A stretch of 64,000 nucleotides of DNA from a virus (IMGVR_UViG_3300025012_000043:1-64000), one strand, 5' to 3'. Counted from the first letter of the stretch, positions 45,662 to 56,152 are shown. Translations and numbers: made by a program. Notes: generated from the letters alone by a model not told the origin.

Positions 45662-47812
45662 TTATATTATACTAACATCATTTACTTTTTTAATGGTTAT
45701 AACATTATCAAACTCATCAACCAAATTTTTAAGATCAGAATGTGTAATAATCAAAATACGTTTAATCTTAGTTGATAAATATTTTAACACGTCTATTAAT
45801 ATTCTACGCTTACCATCATCTATCTTACCAATACCCTCATCTATCATTAAAATGTCTAATATATTATCTGGATTACGAACCCGCCATACTAAAAATAATG
45901 CTGCTCGAATACTTAAGTCTATCCAATACGCCTCTCCCCCGGAAAACCTAAATAATGGTAATATCTTGTCACCCTTCTTAACTAAAATCTTGAAAACATC
46001 CTTAGTACCCTCGCCAGATTTCTTTGGTTCCTTTAGTAATATTGCTATCGATACTTTTTGCCCACCATATTGTAATATATTGTTAGCAAATACCTCAATT
46101 TGGTCCTTCATAGCTTCAATTTGCATCGCTGGTACACCATTCGGGCCAAATGCCGACACCAATACATCATAAACACACTGCTCATTTACACACTCATTAT
46201 ATAATTTGGTAATCTTCTCAAGTTCGGCAAGTTTTTCAGTGTTTACCCTTATCATAGTCTCATTAGACGAAACAATACCTTGTAATTTATTGTTCTGGTC
46301 TTCTTTACTTTTTAAGTCGGCTTGGAATGAAGCGATATCAATAAGAAGTTTGATATGTTGATCACGCAACCCAATAATGATACTGGCCCCTTCTTTAATT
46401 TGCATTAATTCTATAGATATTGATGCATGCTTAATATTAGCATTATTCATTAAAGTATCTATATTATTTACATTAGCCTGAGCAGATTCCATTAATTCAT
46501 TTATATTATTACATTCAACCACTAATGGAGATATCTTGCCACACAAACTATCATATGAAGATTTAATATTAACATAATTACTTATATTATTCTCATATAA
46601 AATCACTTTAGACTGTAATTCGTCAATATCATGGCGTATACTTATGATCTCTGCAAATAATTGATCATGCTCATTTTTCATAGCAACAATTCTAGGTTGT
46701 AGTCTGTCACCACATAATGCTTCACACTTTACACTCAATATTGGGCACATATCACCGCAAGTACTTAAAGTATCTATTTGTTTTTTTAAGAAATCGATCC
46801 TAGTAATAAGCCCAGTTAAGCCTTCCTTTTTATTAATAAATACGGCCCTGTATGATACAAGTAATGCCGTATCTTTTTCTTGTTTATTTAGTATATCTTT
46901 AATATTGATCGAATTTATCTGGTTATTAATACTATCAACCTCTTTATCTATCGCAATTCTCCGGTCAACATACCCTTTTAATTGCTTTCTAATATTCCAC
47001 ATCTTTTGTGTATATTCTTCAATCTCTACCTTAATCTTTGATAAATTACTTAATTTCTCTTCTTCTAGAGCATTTTGAGTATTTATGGCACTAATCTGAC
47101 CAAATAACGATGCAGCATTGGTTTGTACGTTGGCTAGTATATTTTTGGCAATCTCTGTTTCTAGTATAAGGATATTGATTTTAATGTGTGTATCTTTTAT
47201 ATCACATAAAGCTTGCTCTATCTTGGTTGTTAAATCCTTACTATCGATATTATCAATACTAGTCTTATATTTTAATGCTTGTTGTTTAATCTCTAATAAT
47301 CTCTGTGACGCGATAGCTTGCTTTTCCTGCCATCTGTCCAAGCCAAGCATTTCAACAACCTTTTTTCTAGATTCGGTAGAAGTTAATTCGGAAAACGCTT
47401 TATCCTTGCCCTGTTGAAAATAAGCAGTCTTTATAAAAGTATCATATCCCATGCCAACTATATCATTAATTAATTTCTCCCCAGCATCCAAGGTAACGAA
47501 TTGTTGATTTGCGCCACACACATTAATATCAAGATTGGTGGTATTATTACCACGCCCCCGAGTAAGTTTGATTTGTTGAGGCAATGGAAATTGAACACTT
47601 ACTGACATATCTCCAGTAAGATCACGAATAAGATGGTCACCACCAGGAAATTCGGAGGTGCCACGTGCTTTACCCCAAACTGCATAAGTAACCCCTTCTA
47701 ATAAGCCTGACTTACCAACCCCATTATCACCACGGACTAAGGTCACTCCAGGGGGTATGTCAACGACAACATTATTCCCAAAAGCCAAAAAATTATTTAG
47801 TATGATTTGCAT
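45662..47812 (-). CDS. sbcC: SbcC/Rad50 (gp46-like) recombination ATPase
   Basis: GDNGVGKS, YFQQG Q-loop, coiled coil with CP hook, FSGGE, IDEG, ITH. Confidence 0.93.
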   Translation of the reverse strand: MQIILNNFLAFGNNVVVDIPPGVTLVRGDNGVGKSGLLEGVTYAVWGKARGTSEFPGGDHLIRDLTGDMSVSVQFPLPQQIKLTRGRGNNTTNLDINVCGANQQFVTLDAGEKLINDIVGMGYDTFIKTAYFQQGKDKAFSELTSTESRKKVVEMLGLDRWQEKQAIASQRLLEIKQQALKYKTSIDNIDSKDLTTKIEQALCDIKDTHIKINILILETEIAKNILANVQTNAASLFGQISAINTQNALEEEKLSNLSKIKVEIEEYTQKMWNIRKQLKGYVDRRIAIDKEVDSINNQINSINIKDILNKQEKDTALLVSYRAVFINKKEGLTGLITRIDFLKKQIDTLSTCGDMCPILSVKCEALCGDRLQPRIVAMKNEHDQLFAEIISIRHDIDELQSKVILYENNISNYVNIKSSYDSLCGKISPLVVECNNINELMESAQANVNNIDTLMNNANIKHASISIELMQIKEGASIIIGLRDQHIKLLIDIASFQADLKSKEDQNNKLQGIVSSNETMIRVNTEKLAELEKITKLYNECVNEQCVYDVLVSAFGPNGVPAMQIEAMKDQIEVFANNILQYGGQKVSIAILLKEPKKSGEGTKDVFKILVKKGDKILPLFRFSGGEAYWIDLSIRAALFLVWRVRNPDNILDILMIDEGIGKIDDGKRRILIDVLKYLSTKIKRILIITHSDLKNLVDEFDNVITIKKVNDVSII

Positions 47813-48150
47813 TATTGTATCTGCTTCCCATCAATTAATTTACTGGCAGAACACGCTTGGCAAATTTCAAATACAGCATTAGAACATTTTACACTATGGT
47901 TTACCATATTTCTAGACATTAACGCCACCATGTCACTAAGAATTTCATCTTTTAACGCTATATCATGCAATAATAATAAGGCACTTATACCAAGACATAA
48001 TTCGTAGGAATTATCTGCTACTTCTTTTAAAATAATCTCCTGTAAATACTTACACTTCATTGTAGGACACCCGATTTCTTGTCTATGATTATACAACGCT
48101 ATTACCTTTTCTTTAAACGCTGCTTCATCCATATAGGATATCCTTACCAA
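47812..48150 (-). CDS. Hypothetical protein
   Basis: Coupled between sbcD and sbcC; Cys-containing. Confidence 0.55.
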   Translation of the reverse strand: MVRISYMDEAAFKEKVIALYNHRQEIGCPTMKCKYLQEIILKEVADNSYELCLGISALLLLHDIALKDEILSDMVALMSRNMVNHSVKCSNAVFEICQACSASKLIDGKQIQ

Positions 48151-49171
48151 TAATTTTTACTCTATCAATTATATCATTTCCGTATTTATCTGACAATGTA
48201 TCACAATATGCCTGAAACATTTTCTCATCATCAGTTATATCTAGGCTTTTAAATTCTTTTTTGCCTGATATTTCATACTCTATTTTTAAATCATACGCAT
48301 CATGAACTATAGGACCAATACCTCTTTCATATTCTTCTTGGGTACAAGATACCTTTAATTTTACCATCTTATTACTAATAACCGGGTCTAATAAATAATG
48401 TTCAAGTTGCGCCATCTTAATTTCTGCTATATGTGTATCACGACACCCAAGCCACAAATTGGTGGCAGACATTGTGTCTGTATCAAATAACACAACACGC
48501 TTATCACCACTCTCTCCAAAATTTGAATTCCTAATGCCCCCGACATATAATGCGCGGGTACCAATATCTTGGGGCGAATGAATATCACCAAGAAATGCAA
48601 ACTCAAAAGTTGGAATTGCTTCTAATGATTTAATGGAGGGAAAATTCTTAGATTGATTGCTTATCATTCTACTATTATTAAACTTTGCTTCAACAAATGG
48701 TAGATGAGCAAACAACACGAATTTTATACCCATCATTCTTAAATCATTACATTTAAACTCAAACCATTCAACCGTATTAGTCCTACGATGTACTTCCCAC
48801 GGCAACATAACGGCAACAATATCATCTTTAATACGAAATGTTGATTGCATTGTATCATATAAAAATACATTACTATGCAAATCAAGTGTTTTTATTTCAC
48901 TTAATAAATTTCTATCATCTGACAAATCATGATTACCAGTTAATATATGAACTCTAGTCCAATAAGGGAATGACTCCAGGAATTTATGAAATCTTAATTC
49001 TTCTGCTCCGCCTTTCTGTATATCTCTACGATGATAGATATCACCAAGCAACACAACATTCTCACATCCGTGCTCATTAACAAATTTAATAATTTTATCT
49101 AAACACTCATCGGTGTCACTAACCCATTGTGAATCTAAATGAATATCTCCGACTATTAAAACTTTGGACAT
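48125..49171 (-). CDS. sbcD: SbcD/Mre11 (gp47-like) metallophosphoesterase nuclease
   Basis: GDIH, LGDIY, GNHD, FAH, GDIH motifs. Confidence 0.92.
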   Translation of the reverse strand: MSKVLIVGDIHLDSQWVSDTDECLDKIIKFVNEHGCENVVLLGDIYHRRDIQKGGAEELRFHKFLESFPYWTRVHILTGNHDLSDDRNLLSEIKTLDLHSNVFLYDTMQSTFRIKDDIVAVMLPWEVHRRTNTVEWFEFKCNDLRMMGIKFVLFAHLPFVEAKFNNSRMISNQSKNFPSIKSLEAIPTFEFAFLGDIHSPQDIGTRALYVGGIRNSNFGESGDKRVVLFDTDTMSATNLWLGCRDTHIAEIKMAQLEHYLLDPVISNKMVKLKVSCTQEEYERGIGPIVHDAYDLKIEYEISGKKEFKSLDITDDEKMFQAYCDTLSDKYGNDIIDRVKIIGKDILYG

Positions 49172-50247
49172 CAGGCTACCTCCCTAATTTCTGACGCTAC
49201 CTCACGATAGCTCTCGTGGCTGATCCCCAGCCCGGCAATAAGAGTGTTGATCGCAGCATTAACATCGCGATCATGAACCGTCCCACAAACGTTACACTCC
49301 CAGTACCTTACCTTCAAGCCTGATTTCCCTGTTGGACCAGAACGCGCCCCACAGGTAGAACAGGTCATGGTGGAAAACTTAGATGGCACTTCGATATACT
49401 CTCTACCGCCTGCACGGCATTTGTAAGAAAGCATTGATCGAAGTTGTCCGTGGGCAGCTGCTCCCACGGACTTGCCAAACCCTGAACGAGCCAAACCACC
49501 CAAATTATCCTTACTAATCGCAATGACTTGATTCTTGGACACTAATTCACGAGATATCTTATGATTTCTGTCCTTGCGCTGATTCTTAATCCTTTCATGA
49601 AGTCTAGCAACTTGTTTACGATTTATACCACGCTGGGCTTGGCCCAAACGGATTAAATTATTCTGTAATTCCTTGGGGTGTTCAATCTTTTCACCAGTTG
49701 AAAGTGTAAGTAAGGTAACATATCCAGGGTCTATACCAACCTGATCATCAGAAACATGAGGGATAACATTAGGTTGGGCATTTATATTTAAACACAAGTA
49801 CCAGCCAGAAGCCCGTTTAATAATGCGGCCTGAATTTATCTTGCCTTCAGGGATATCCTGTTTATGGAATTTTACTAAACCTAGCAATGGCATTCTAACC
49901 CTATTATTTAGGGGTGGTTTAATGGGGTCTGGAAATGGGATAGAATTTAACTTATTTCGACGGCCCTTAAATCTTGGCTTCCTAGAAATTTTCTTAAAAC
50001 AACGTTGCCAAGATAACCAAGTTTGATCTAACATGCCCTGTATAGTATGGCTGGGGATGCCAAGTTTGCCACTATGGCCAGTGAGTAAATTCTGAAATGT
50101 TTTTCGTGAATAATAAACCTTATCCCTGGCATCTAACTCAATTTTACGAATAGCCCAATTCCAGACAGAAGTAAGATGAAACAGCCAAGTATTTAACTGG
50201 GCCTCTTGAACCTTGGTTAACTTTAATTTACGTTGATATTGAATCAT
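49171..50247 (-). CDS. tnpB: TnpB-family RNA-guided nuclease homolog, no tnpA, atypical RuvC-II
   Basis: N-terminal KL..T..Q...L..W....VWN; RuvC-I VGIDPG; CSTC/CNVC Zn finger; RuvC-III HDRDVNAAIN; RuvC-II region reads IAISKDNL. Confidence 0.9.
   Translation of the reverse strand: MIQYQRKLKLTKVQEAQLNTWLFHLTSVWNWAIRKIELDARDKVYYSRKTFQNLLTGHSGKLGIPSHTIQGMLDQTWLSWQRCFKKISRKPRFKGRRNKLNSIPFPDPIKPPLNNRVRMPLLGLVKFHKQDIPEGKINSGRIIKRASGWYLCLNINAQPNVIPHVSDDQVGIDPGYVTLLTLSTGEKIEHPKELQNNLIRLGQAQRGINRKQVARLHERIKNQRKDRNHKISRELVSKNQVIAISKDNLGGLARSGFGKSVGAAAHGQLRSMLSYKCRAGGREYIEVPSKFSTMTCSTCGARSGPTGKSGLKVRYWECNVCGTVHDRDVNAAINTLIAGLGISHESYREVASEIREVA
49186..49236 (-). ncRNA. Putative omega-RNA-like structured segment overlapping the tnpB 3' end
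   Basis: Minus-strand hairpins GGCTG-GGGAT-CAGCC and GCTATC-GTGA-GGTAGC (GNRA loop); TnpB guide RNAs are known to overlap the 3' end of the gene. Confidence 0.4.
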
Positions 50248-50268
50248 TCTTATTTTATCGTAGTACTT

Positions 50269-50478
50269 TCATTTGTCGTTAAACGACACACGAATTTTAA
50301 TGCCTTCTTTTTTACCTAAAGAAATTAATATATCAGCTAAATCTTTAAGTGCAAATTGAATTTGGTCATGTAAATGATACCCAGTTGGTTTATTACATTT
50401 CTCATTTATATATCTTTTCATAACATCTCGTACATCAACATTAACTTCAATATTTGTGGTGACTGATACCATTGTCAT
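50269..50478 (-). CDS. Hypothetical protein
   Basis: Co-oriented, GGGAG RBS, fills the gap after dnaE. Confidence 0.6.
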   Translation of the reverse strand: MTMVSVTTNIEVNVDVRDVMKRYINEKCNKPTGYHLHDQIQFALKDLADILISLGKKEGIKIRVSFNDK

Positions 50479-50480
50479 GT

Positions 50481-53400
50481 CTACTCCCTAATTACCGCAT
50501 ATATAGTCTGCCCAACAATATCTGTTAACGCTTTGGCTATAGTATTATTCAATATATCGAGATTCACAATATCACCAACAACCTGCTTAATTAACATCCC
50601 CTCCATTTTTGATGGTTGCTTCATAAACCCAAGATTCTTGATCTTAATACCATATTGTGGCAATATTGGTTTACCAATTAATGTAAGCCCCTTGCCACGC
50701 TTACTACTGTATTTTACTATTGCCTTCAAAATAACTGGCGCAAATTTTTTGGCTAATGATGTCTTAATACACCCATAATTCACTCCACTAATAATCTTGT
50801 CATCTAAGTCTTCCGTATTAACATTAATATTCCTATCATGACATCCCTCTCGATCTATTAAAGAAACTGACCCAAATTTATTCCATGTTTGATCTTTCTT
50901 TGGATATATAACCTCAATCCCATTATTAATCCCATATATATATACGACTGATTGTGTTGGTAATGCTAGTGCCTTAGTAAGGGAGATGGCACCAACTGAA
51001 TCTGCTAATGCCTGATACAAATCCAATACTGGATCAACATCAAGAAGTCCTATAGTACCTGATTCATTTTCCAATATCTCAGCCGACTCATACTCTTCTT
51101 GCTTAACAAACCATGGCATAGTAATCATATTATTTGGTAGATCTAAACTAATCTGCCCATTCTCCATTGCTTTTTTATAGGCTGGCTTGTCAAATGCCCC
51201 AGATTCATTATATTTAATTGTCGCAGTTTTAATAGCTATACTCTTAGTACGTACATATTTCTTAATCTCTTGTATGTTTTTAACGATATCCTTCCTATTT
51301 AATGTGGGATCAAACAAAAACGCTCCAGCCAATGCTAATTGTGAAATCTGGTTAGATGGGACGCTTTTGTTACGATTAATAAAATCAGCAAAACATTTAT
51401 ATTCTCCATTCATCTCACGTTCTTTAATAACCACTTTAGCCGATGATTCACCGATTCCCTTCACAGAAGACAAGCCAATATAAATAGTATCTTTGAAAGC
51501 AGAAAATACTAGTTTTGACTTATTAATATTTGGCCTAGAGATCTTAATCCCCAATTTCTTACAGTCCGCTATTATAATTGAATGCTGGTCTGAATCAGTC
51601 ATTATAAGATTGGCGCACATAAATTCTGTAGGATAATTTGCCTTCAAATATGCGGTTATATAAGTAATAACACCATACGCCGCAGCATGAGCCTTCGGCC
51701 ACATATACCTTGCTGATGGCTTAATAAGCCCAAATATATATTCAGCGAATTCTTTTGTTTTGCCAAATCTAATAGCACTAGTTATAAATTTCTCACCCTC
51801 TTCGTCAATTTCTTTGACTAATTTTTTACCAACAACCTTGCGCAAATGATCGGCTTCGGCCATTGAATATCCAGCCACCCTACGTGCTATTTCCATGATC
51901 TGTTCTTGAAATAACATCATATAATGTGTAGGCGCAAGAACATCATCAATACATGGGTCAATTTTTGTCGGTGGCATCAACCCATTTTTAGTTCTTATAT
52001 ATTTCTCAGCCATAGACATTTTGATTACTTCATCATATGCCAAGGCCCCTGGCCTATATAAAGCATTCATGGCTATGATATGCTCAAATTCTGTAGGAAT
52101 CAATCCTTTCATCATATTTGTAAACCCATCACTTTCAGCCTGGAAAACACGACACGTATTGCCATCTTGTAATAATTTAAACGTTTTCATGTCATCAAGC
52201 GGAAGTGTATATGGGTCAATATTAACCCCGTGATTTTCTTTGATCAACTCACATGTGATCTTAATAATATCTAATGTTGTTAAGCCAAGCAAATCAAATT
52301 TAACCAGCCCTACCTTTGATGCGACATACATATCACACATAAGCGCTGTTTCTGACTCACTATTTACCTTAAATGTTGGTATTATATCACTAAACCGATC
52401 TTTTGAAATAATAACTCCCGATGCATGGATAGACACCGATTTAGGATTACCAGATAATCCCATAGCAAAATCATACCAGCTTTTATCAACACGTGGGGAT
52501 TTAAAGGCTTTCATCTTCTCCATAGCAGATATGATACTCTCTTCTTCTCTTTTGGCGGTCTCTTCAAATAACTCCTTGGGTTCCAATTCATCCAATGCCC
52601 CGAGATCTTTAATTAAATCATCTACTCGCCTACGATCTGGTTCTATTGCTCGGATGGCCTCACGAATAGCTAACTTAGTAGTCATATTATTAAATGTTGC
52701 AATCTTAGATACCTTGTCAGCACCAAAGATTGATTGAACTATCTCAATTACTTCTGGCCGCCGCCGTTGTTCAAAATCAATATCAACATCTGGAAGATCA
52801 ATACGACTGGGATTTAAAAACCTTTCAAACATGAGTTTATATTTAATCGGATCTATACCAGAAATCCCGAGAGCAAACAATACAAGACTACCAGCACTAC
52901 TTCCCCGGCCCGGTCCAATCAAGATCCCTCTTTTACGCACTTCCTTAATAACAATACCAAGGATTAGAAAGTAAGAAGAAAAATTGAGTTTCGAAATAAT
53001 CCCCAATTCATATTCTAATCTATCTTTGTACTCCTTGGTGGCAACCCCTCTAGTTTTAAGGCCCTCATAAGCAAGAGTCTTTAAATATTCATCATTGGTC
53101 TCTATGTTTGCAGGTAAGAACGACTTGGGTAATTCTGGCATATACTTACCCATTTTGAACTCTATATTATAATCTTCTAACTTTTCATAGATCTCCATGG
53201 TATTATCAAATGCTACCTTAGGAATATTTGACGCAAACTTCTCTAATTCACCACGAGTCTTCATATAATATTCAGCATTCAGAATAGCTGGCTTACTTAT
53301 GTCGTCTGGAAATTCACCATATACTACCCCACGTTTTCTATCTAAAATATGTGTACCAAACTGAAGTGATAACAGTGCATCCTGAACTTCAGCATCACTT

Positions 53401-54053
53401 TTATTTAAATAATGAACATCATTAGTAATAATCGGCTTAATATGAAACTTTTCTGCCATTTCTAACATAACATCTACCCAACCAGCTTGCATTGGTACGC
53501 CGGTTTCCATGACTTCCACATAAAGGTCATCTTTAAAAATTGATTTTAAACGAGATACTGTGGCCACAGCCTCATCAGCTTTATCATTATAAATGTCTCT
53601 AGCAATTAACCCGTGTAAACATGCAGTTGAACAGATAATGCCCTCACTAAATCTGGCAATAACATCTAATGACATTCTTGGCTTATAATAAAAATATTCA
53701 AAAGCATCAGACACTATCTTTATTAAATTTTGATATCCAATACGATTCTTAGCGATTAAAACTATATGCCCAAGTTTCTCTCTACCTTCAAATTTCCTCT
53801 CTTTTGATACATACCCCTCAATGCCTATGCCGCACTTCAAATCAAACTCTTTGCAAGCCTCGTAAAATGGAATGGCACCAAACATTGTGCCATGGTCAGT
53901 TAAACAAGCCCCCTGAAACCCAAGCTTCTTGGTATGCTCTACTATTTTCTTAGGTGATGTGGTGCCGTCCATCAATGAATAAAATGAGTGCTGGTGGCAA
54001 TGTATGAAATCTTGCATGTTATCCTTTCTTACTGTTTCTTCTTGCGTACACAT
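50481..54053 (-). CDS. dnaE: DNA polymerase III alpha subunit (family C), likely start MQDFIH
   Basis: PHP domain H.H.HS.YS.MDG, LTDHG, TNDVHY; GPGRGSSAGSLV; FERFLNPSR..LPDVDIDF; KFDLLGL; KAHAAAY. Confidence 0.96.
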   Translation of the reverse strand: MCTQEETVRKDNMQDFIHCHQHSFYSLMDGTTSPKKIVEHTKKLGFQGACLTDHGTMFGAIPFYEACKEFDLKCGIGIEGYVSKERKFEGREKLGHIVLIAKNRIGYQNLIKIVSDAFEYFYYKPRMSLDVIARFSEGIICSTACLHGLIARDIYNDKADEAVATVSRLKSIFKDDLYVEVMETGVPMQAGWVDVMLEMAEKFHIKPIITNDVHYLNKSDAEVQDALLSLQFGTHILDRKRGVVYGEFPDDISKPAILNAEYYMKTRGELEKFASNIPKVAFDNTMEIYEKLEDYNIEFKMGKYMPELPKSFLPANIETNDEYLKTLAYEGLKTRGVATKEYKDRLEYELGIISKLNFSSYFLILGIVIKEVRKRGILIGPGRGSSAGSLVLFALGISGIDPIKYKLMFERFLNPSRIDLPDVDIDFEQRRRPEVIEIVQSIFGADKVSKIATFNNMTTKLAIREAIRAIEPDRRRVDDLIKDLGALDELEPKELFEETAKREEESIISAMEKMKAFKSPRVDKSWYDFAMGLSGNPKSVSIHASGVIISKDRFSDIIPTFKVNSESETALMCDMYVASKVGLVKFDLLGLTTLDIIKITCELIKENHGVNIDPYTLPLDDMKTFKLLQDGNTCRVFQAESDGFTNMMKGLIPTEFEHIIAMNALYRPGALAYDEVIKMSMAEKYIRTKNGLMPPTKIDPCIDDVLAPTHYMMLFQEQIMEIARRVAGYSMAEADHLRKVVGKKLVKEIDEEGEKFITSAIRFGKTKEFAEYIFGLIKPSARYMWPKAHAAAYGVITYITAYLKANYPTEFMCANLIMTDSDQHSIIIADCKKLGIKISRPNINKSKLVFSAFKDTIYIGLSSVKGIGESSAKVVIKEREMNGEYKCFADFINRNKSVPSNQISQLALAGAFLFDPTLNRKDIVKNIQEIKKYVRTKSIAIKTATIKYNESGAFDKPAYKKAMENGQISLDLPNNMITMPWFVKQEEYESAEILENESGTIGLLDVDPVLDLYQALADSVGAISLTKALALPTQSVVYIYGINNGIEVIYPKKDQTWNKFGSVSLIDREGCHDRNINVNTEDLDDKIISGVNYGCIKTSLAKKFAPVILKAIVKYSSKRGKGLTLIGKPILPQYGIKIKNLGFMKQPSKMEGMLIKQVVGDIVNLDILNNTIAKALTDIVGQTIYAVIRE

Positions 54054-55077
54054 TATTAAATATTACATCCATAGTTTCTGGTAATAAAGTACTGGTTATA
54101 ATATTCAATTGTTTCTTTTCTATCGTATTCATGGCCTCCATAACCATTGATCTAATATTACCTGGAGCATGAATTAGTCCTGATATGGCATTATACCAAT
54201 CACGAGGCCGTTGCTCTTCTACTAATATACCATTTACACCATTAGTAATAACTTCTTGATATGGAACAATATTAGATGCCACTGTAACCGCACCAACCGC
54301 CGTATACTCTAACCATTTAATATTACTCTTACTCTTATTAAAAATATTGTGTTCAAGTGGTACTATACCAATATGTGGCTGAATAGATACCAATGTTTGT
54401 AGATAGTCTTTAACTGGTAACCAAGGTATATACTTAATACGAGTATCATCCTTTAGCCCTGCTGGTATCCATCCCATAAAAAACAATTTAATCTTATCAC
54501 CAAAGGTATCGAGTAACTTAATAATCGCTCCCTCTACACCCTTAAAATCATCAATATGTGAAGGCCCTCCAGCATATACTATGCGTATTTCTTTATCAAC
54601 ATTATATGGGCGCTGAGCAATAAAATTTTTGTCTAATTCAATCATATTAGGGATACAATAAATATTCCTATTATAACATTTCATTTGATTCTTTAAAAAT
54701 TCGGTAGAAACTATAACTGCATCCGCTGATTTCATAAAATTTCTAACATTTTGCTTAGCATTATTATCTATAAACTTATAGGCAGGATTTATGGGCCGTA
54801 CATTAAAGAAATCATCATCAGTTTCATATCCCACTATTGCACCAGATTCCTTTGCGGCATTCCATAACGGTTTAACTTTGTCCTCAAAATGCCTTTGGAA
54901 TATAATCATATCATAACAATACATATCAGCTATCTGTAATTCAGTAGCACAAACTATATGATATATATCAGTATTTAATTGTAAATACCAGGCTGGTAAC
55001 ATACACCGATAGTTTCCACAGCCTTGCCGATCGGAAAGCGTATATAACAATTTTCTTTTATTTACTCGCTTCCTCAT
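54019..55077 (-). CDS. GT-B fold glycosyltransferase
   Basis: GCGNYRC..P, YETDDD, ADAVIVST..L, GG.SH..D, IVPL....FNKSKSNIKWLEY. Confidence 0.85.
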   Translation of the reverse strand: MRKRVNKRKLLYTLSDRQGCGNYRCMLPAWYLQLNTDIYHIVCATELQIADMYCYDMIIFQRHFEDKVKPLWNAAKESGAIVGYETDDDFFNVRPINPAYKFIDNNAKQNVRNFMKSADAVIVSTEFLKNQMKCYNRNIYCIPNMIELDKNFIAQRPYNVDKEIRIVYAGGPSHIDDFKGVEGAIIKLLDTFGDKIKLFFMGWIPAGLKDDTRIKYIPWLPVKDYLQTLVSIQPHIGIVPLEHNIFNKSKSNIKWLEYTAVGAVTVASNIVPYQEVITNGVNGILVEEQRPRDWYNAISGLIHAPGNIRSMVMEAMNTIEKKQLNIITSTLLPETMDVIFNNVYARRNSKKG

Positions 55078-55600
55078 CCTTCTTCTCCTCAGGCCATATA
55101 TAATTAAGTATGGGCTCTATATCATCAGTAATATCTGTTGGTAATTTCTTTAACTGGGCCTTATCTACTACTGATAAACTTCCATCAAACCCATTAAATG
55201 AATCGCCAGTCCAAAAACTAACAGTAAATTTTTGTGATGGCGAACTATCGGAACCAAGTGTAGCAATAATTTTAACCTTGTCCGTGTTTTTATATAATTT
55301 ATTATTATTAGATAATTTCCATCCACGACCCAAAAGATGTATAAATATTTTTTCTTTCTCTATAACTAATACGGCTTTCTTAAATTGAACAGTAGGTGGG
55401 GATGGTAATATTATAGAGGGGACTTCTTCCTTCTTAGATTGCTTAATAGACACCACTTTAACATCTTGTTTCCTAGATATTTTCTTATCTGTCTTCTTGC
55501 CCCTATGCTCTTCACATTTATCTAAATATGGATTAAATTTAGATTTCTCAAATACTATACCACATTGAACACACTTTTGCTGTATTTTGGATGGCGACAT
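55058..55600 (-). CDS. Hypothetical protein with N-terminal Zn-binding motif
   Basis: CVQCG...C..H; co-oriented. Confidence 0.6.
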   Translation of the reverse strand: MSPSKIQQKCVQCGIVFEKSKFNPYLDKCEEHRGKKTDKKISRKQDVKVVSIKQSKKEEVPSIILPSPPTVQFKKAVLVIEKEKIFIHLLGRGWKLSNNNKLYKNTDKVKIIATLGSDSSPSQKFTVSFWTGDSFNGFDGSLSVVDKAQLKKLPTDITDDIEPILNYIWPEEKKDEEASK

Positions 55601-55623
55601 ATTCTCCCCATACGATTATTTAC

Positions 55624-55926
55624 TTATTTTATCGTATTAGTGGATTCATCTAAATACTGTGGTTTGATTGGTTTGTCTTCTGGGATCTCTTTATTCTTAA
55701 AAGCTTCCCAATTTAATACTGGCTTATTTAATGCTGCAACCATATACGACAAATCATTCTTTAATTCTTCTAATGTTTCACCATATGGTGACATATAATC
55801 CGTTGTAATGGCAGTAGGTACACCATCTTTATTATAATAAGTTTCATAAATAGCAAATTGCACATTCTCATTCAAACATTTGCCATGATAAGTGCGCTTA
55901 CGAACTACGCGGTAGTTCCATGACAT
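55624..55926 (-). CDS. Conserved phage hypothetical protein (start reassigned to MSWNYRV)
   Basis: WNYRV...AIYE.YY...G.P......P.GETLEEL..DL..M..AL.KPVL. Confidence 0.7.
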   Translation of the reverse strand: MSWNYRVVRKRTYHGKCLNENVQFAIYETYYNKDGVPTAITTDYMSPYGETLEELKNDLSYMVAALNKPVLNWEAFKNKEIPEDKPIKPQYLDESTNTIK

Positions 55927-55927
55927 A

Positions 55928-56152
55928 TTATTTAGTTTCCACATTAGGAGTTCCCTCAATAACATCAATCTCTAAATTAACAATTTGAATAACGGCTTCC
56001 TTGTGTCTATTAATCATCTCACCCACAATACGTTGAAAATAGGGGTCAATCAATCCTAGTGTCTGAAAAATACTTACTTCGAATTCCTTGAACTTCTTGT
56101 CAATCTTTGCTTCCATCTCTACCATATGAACCCTCTCTTTTGATTCAGTCAT
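55928..56152 (-). CDS. Hypothetical protein
   Basis: GAGGG RBS, operon packing. Confidence 0.55.
   Translation of the reverse strand: MTESKERVHMVEMEAKIDKKFKEFEVSIFQTLGLIDPYFQRIVGEMINRHKEAVIQIVNLEIDVIEGTPNVETK

Noticed and set aside
49171-50478. Complete IS200/IS605 or IS607 element, or Cas12f system
   Set aside because: No tnpA, no clear terminal hairpins, no CRISPR array or cas genes; the upstream 69-aa ORF is not transposase-like
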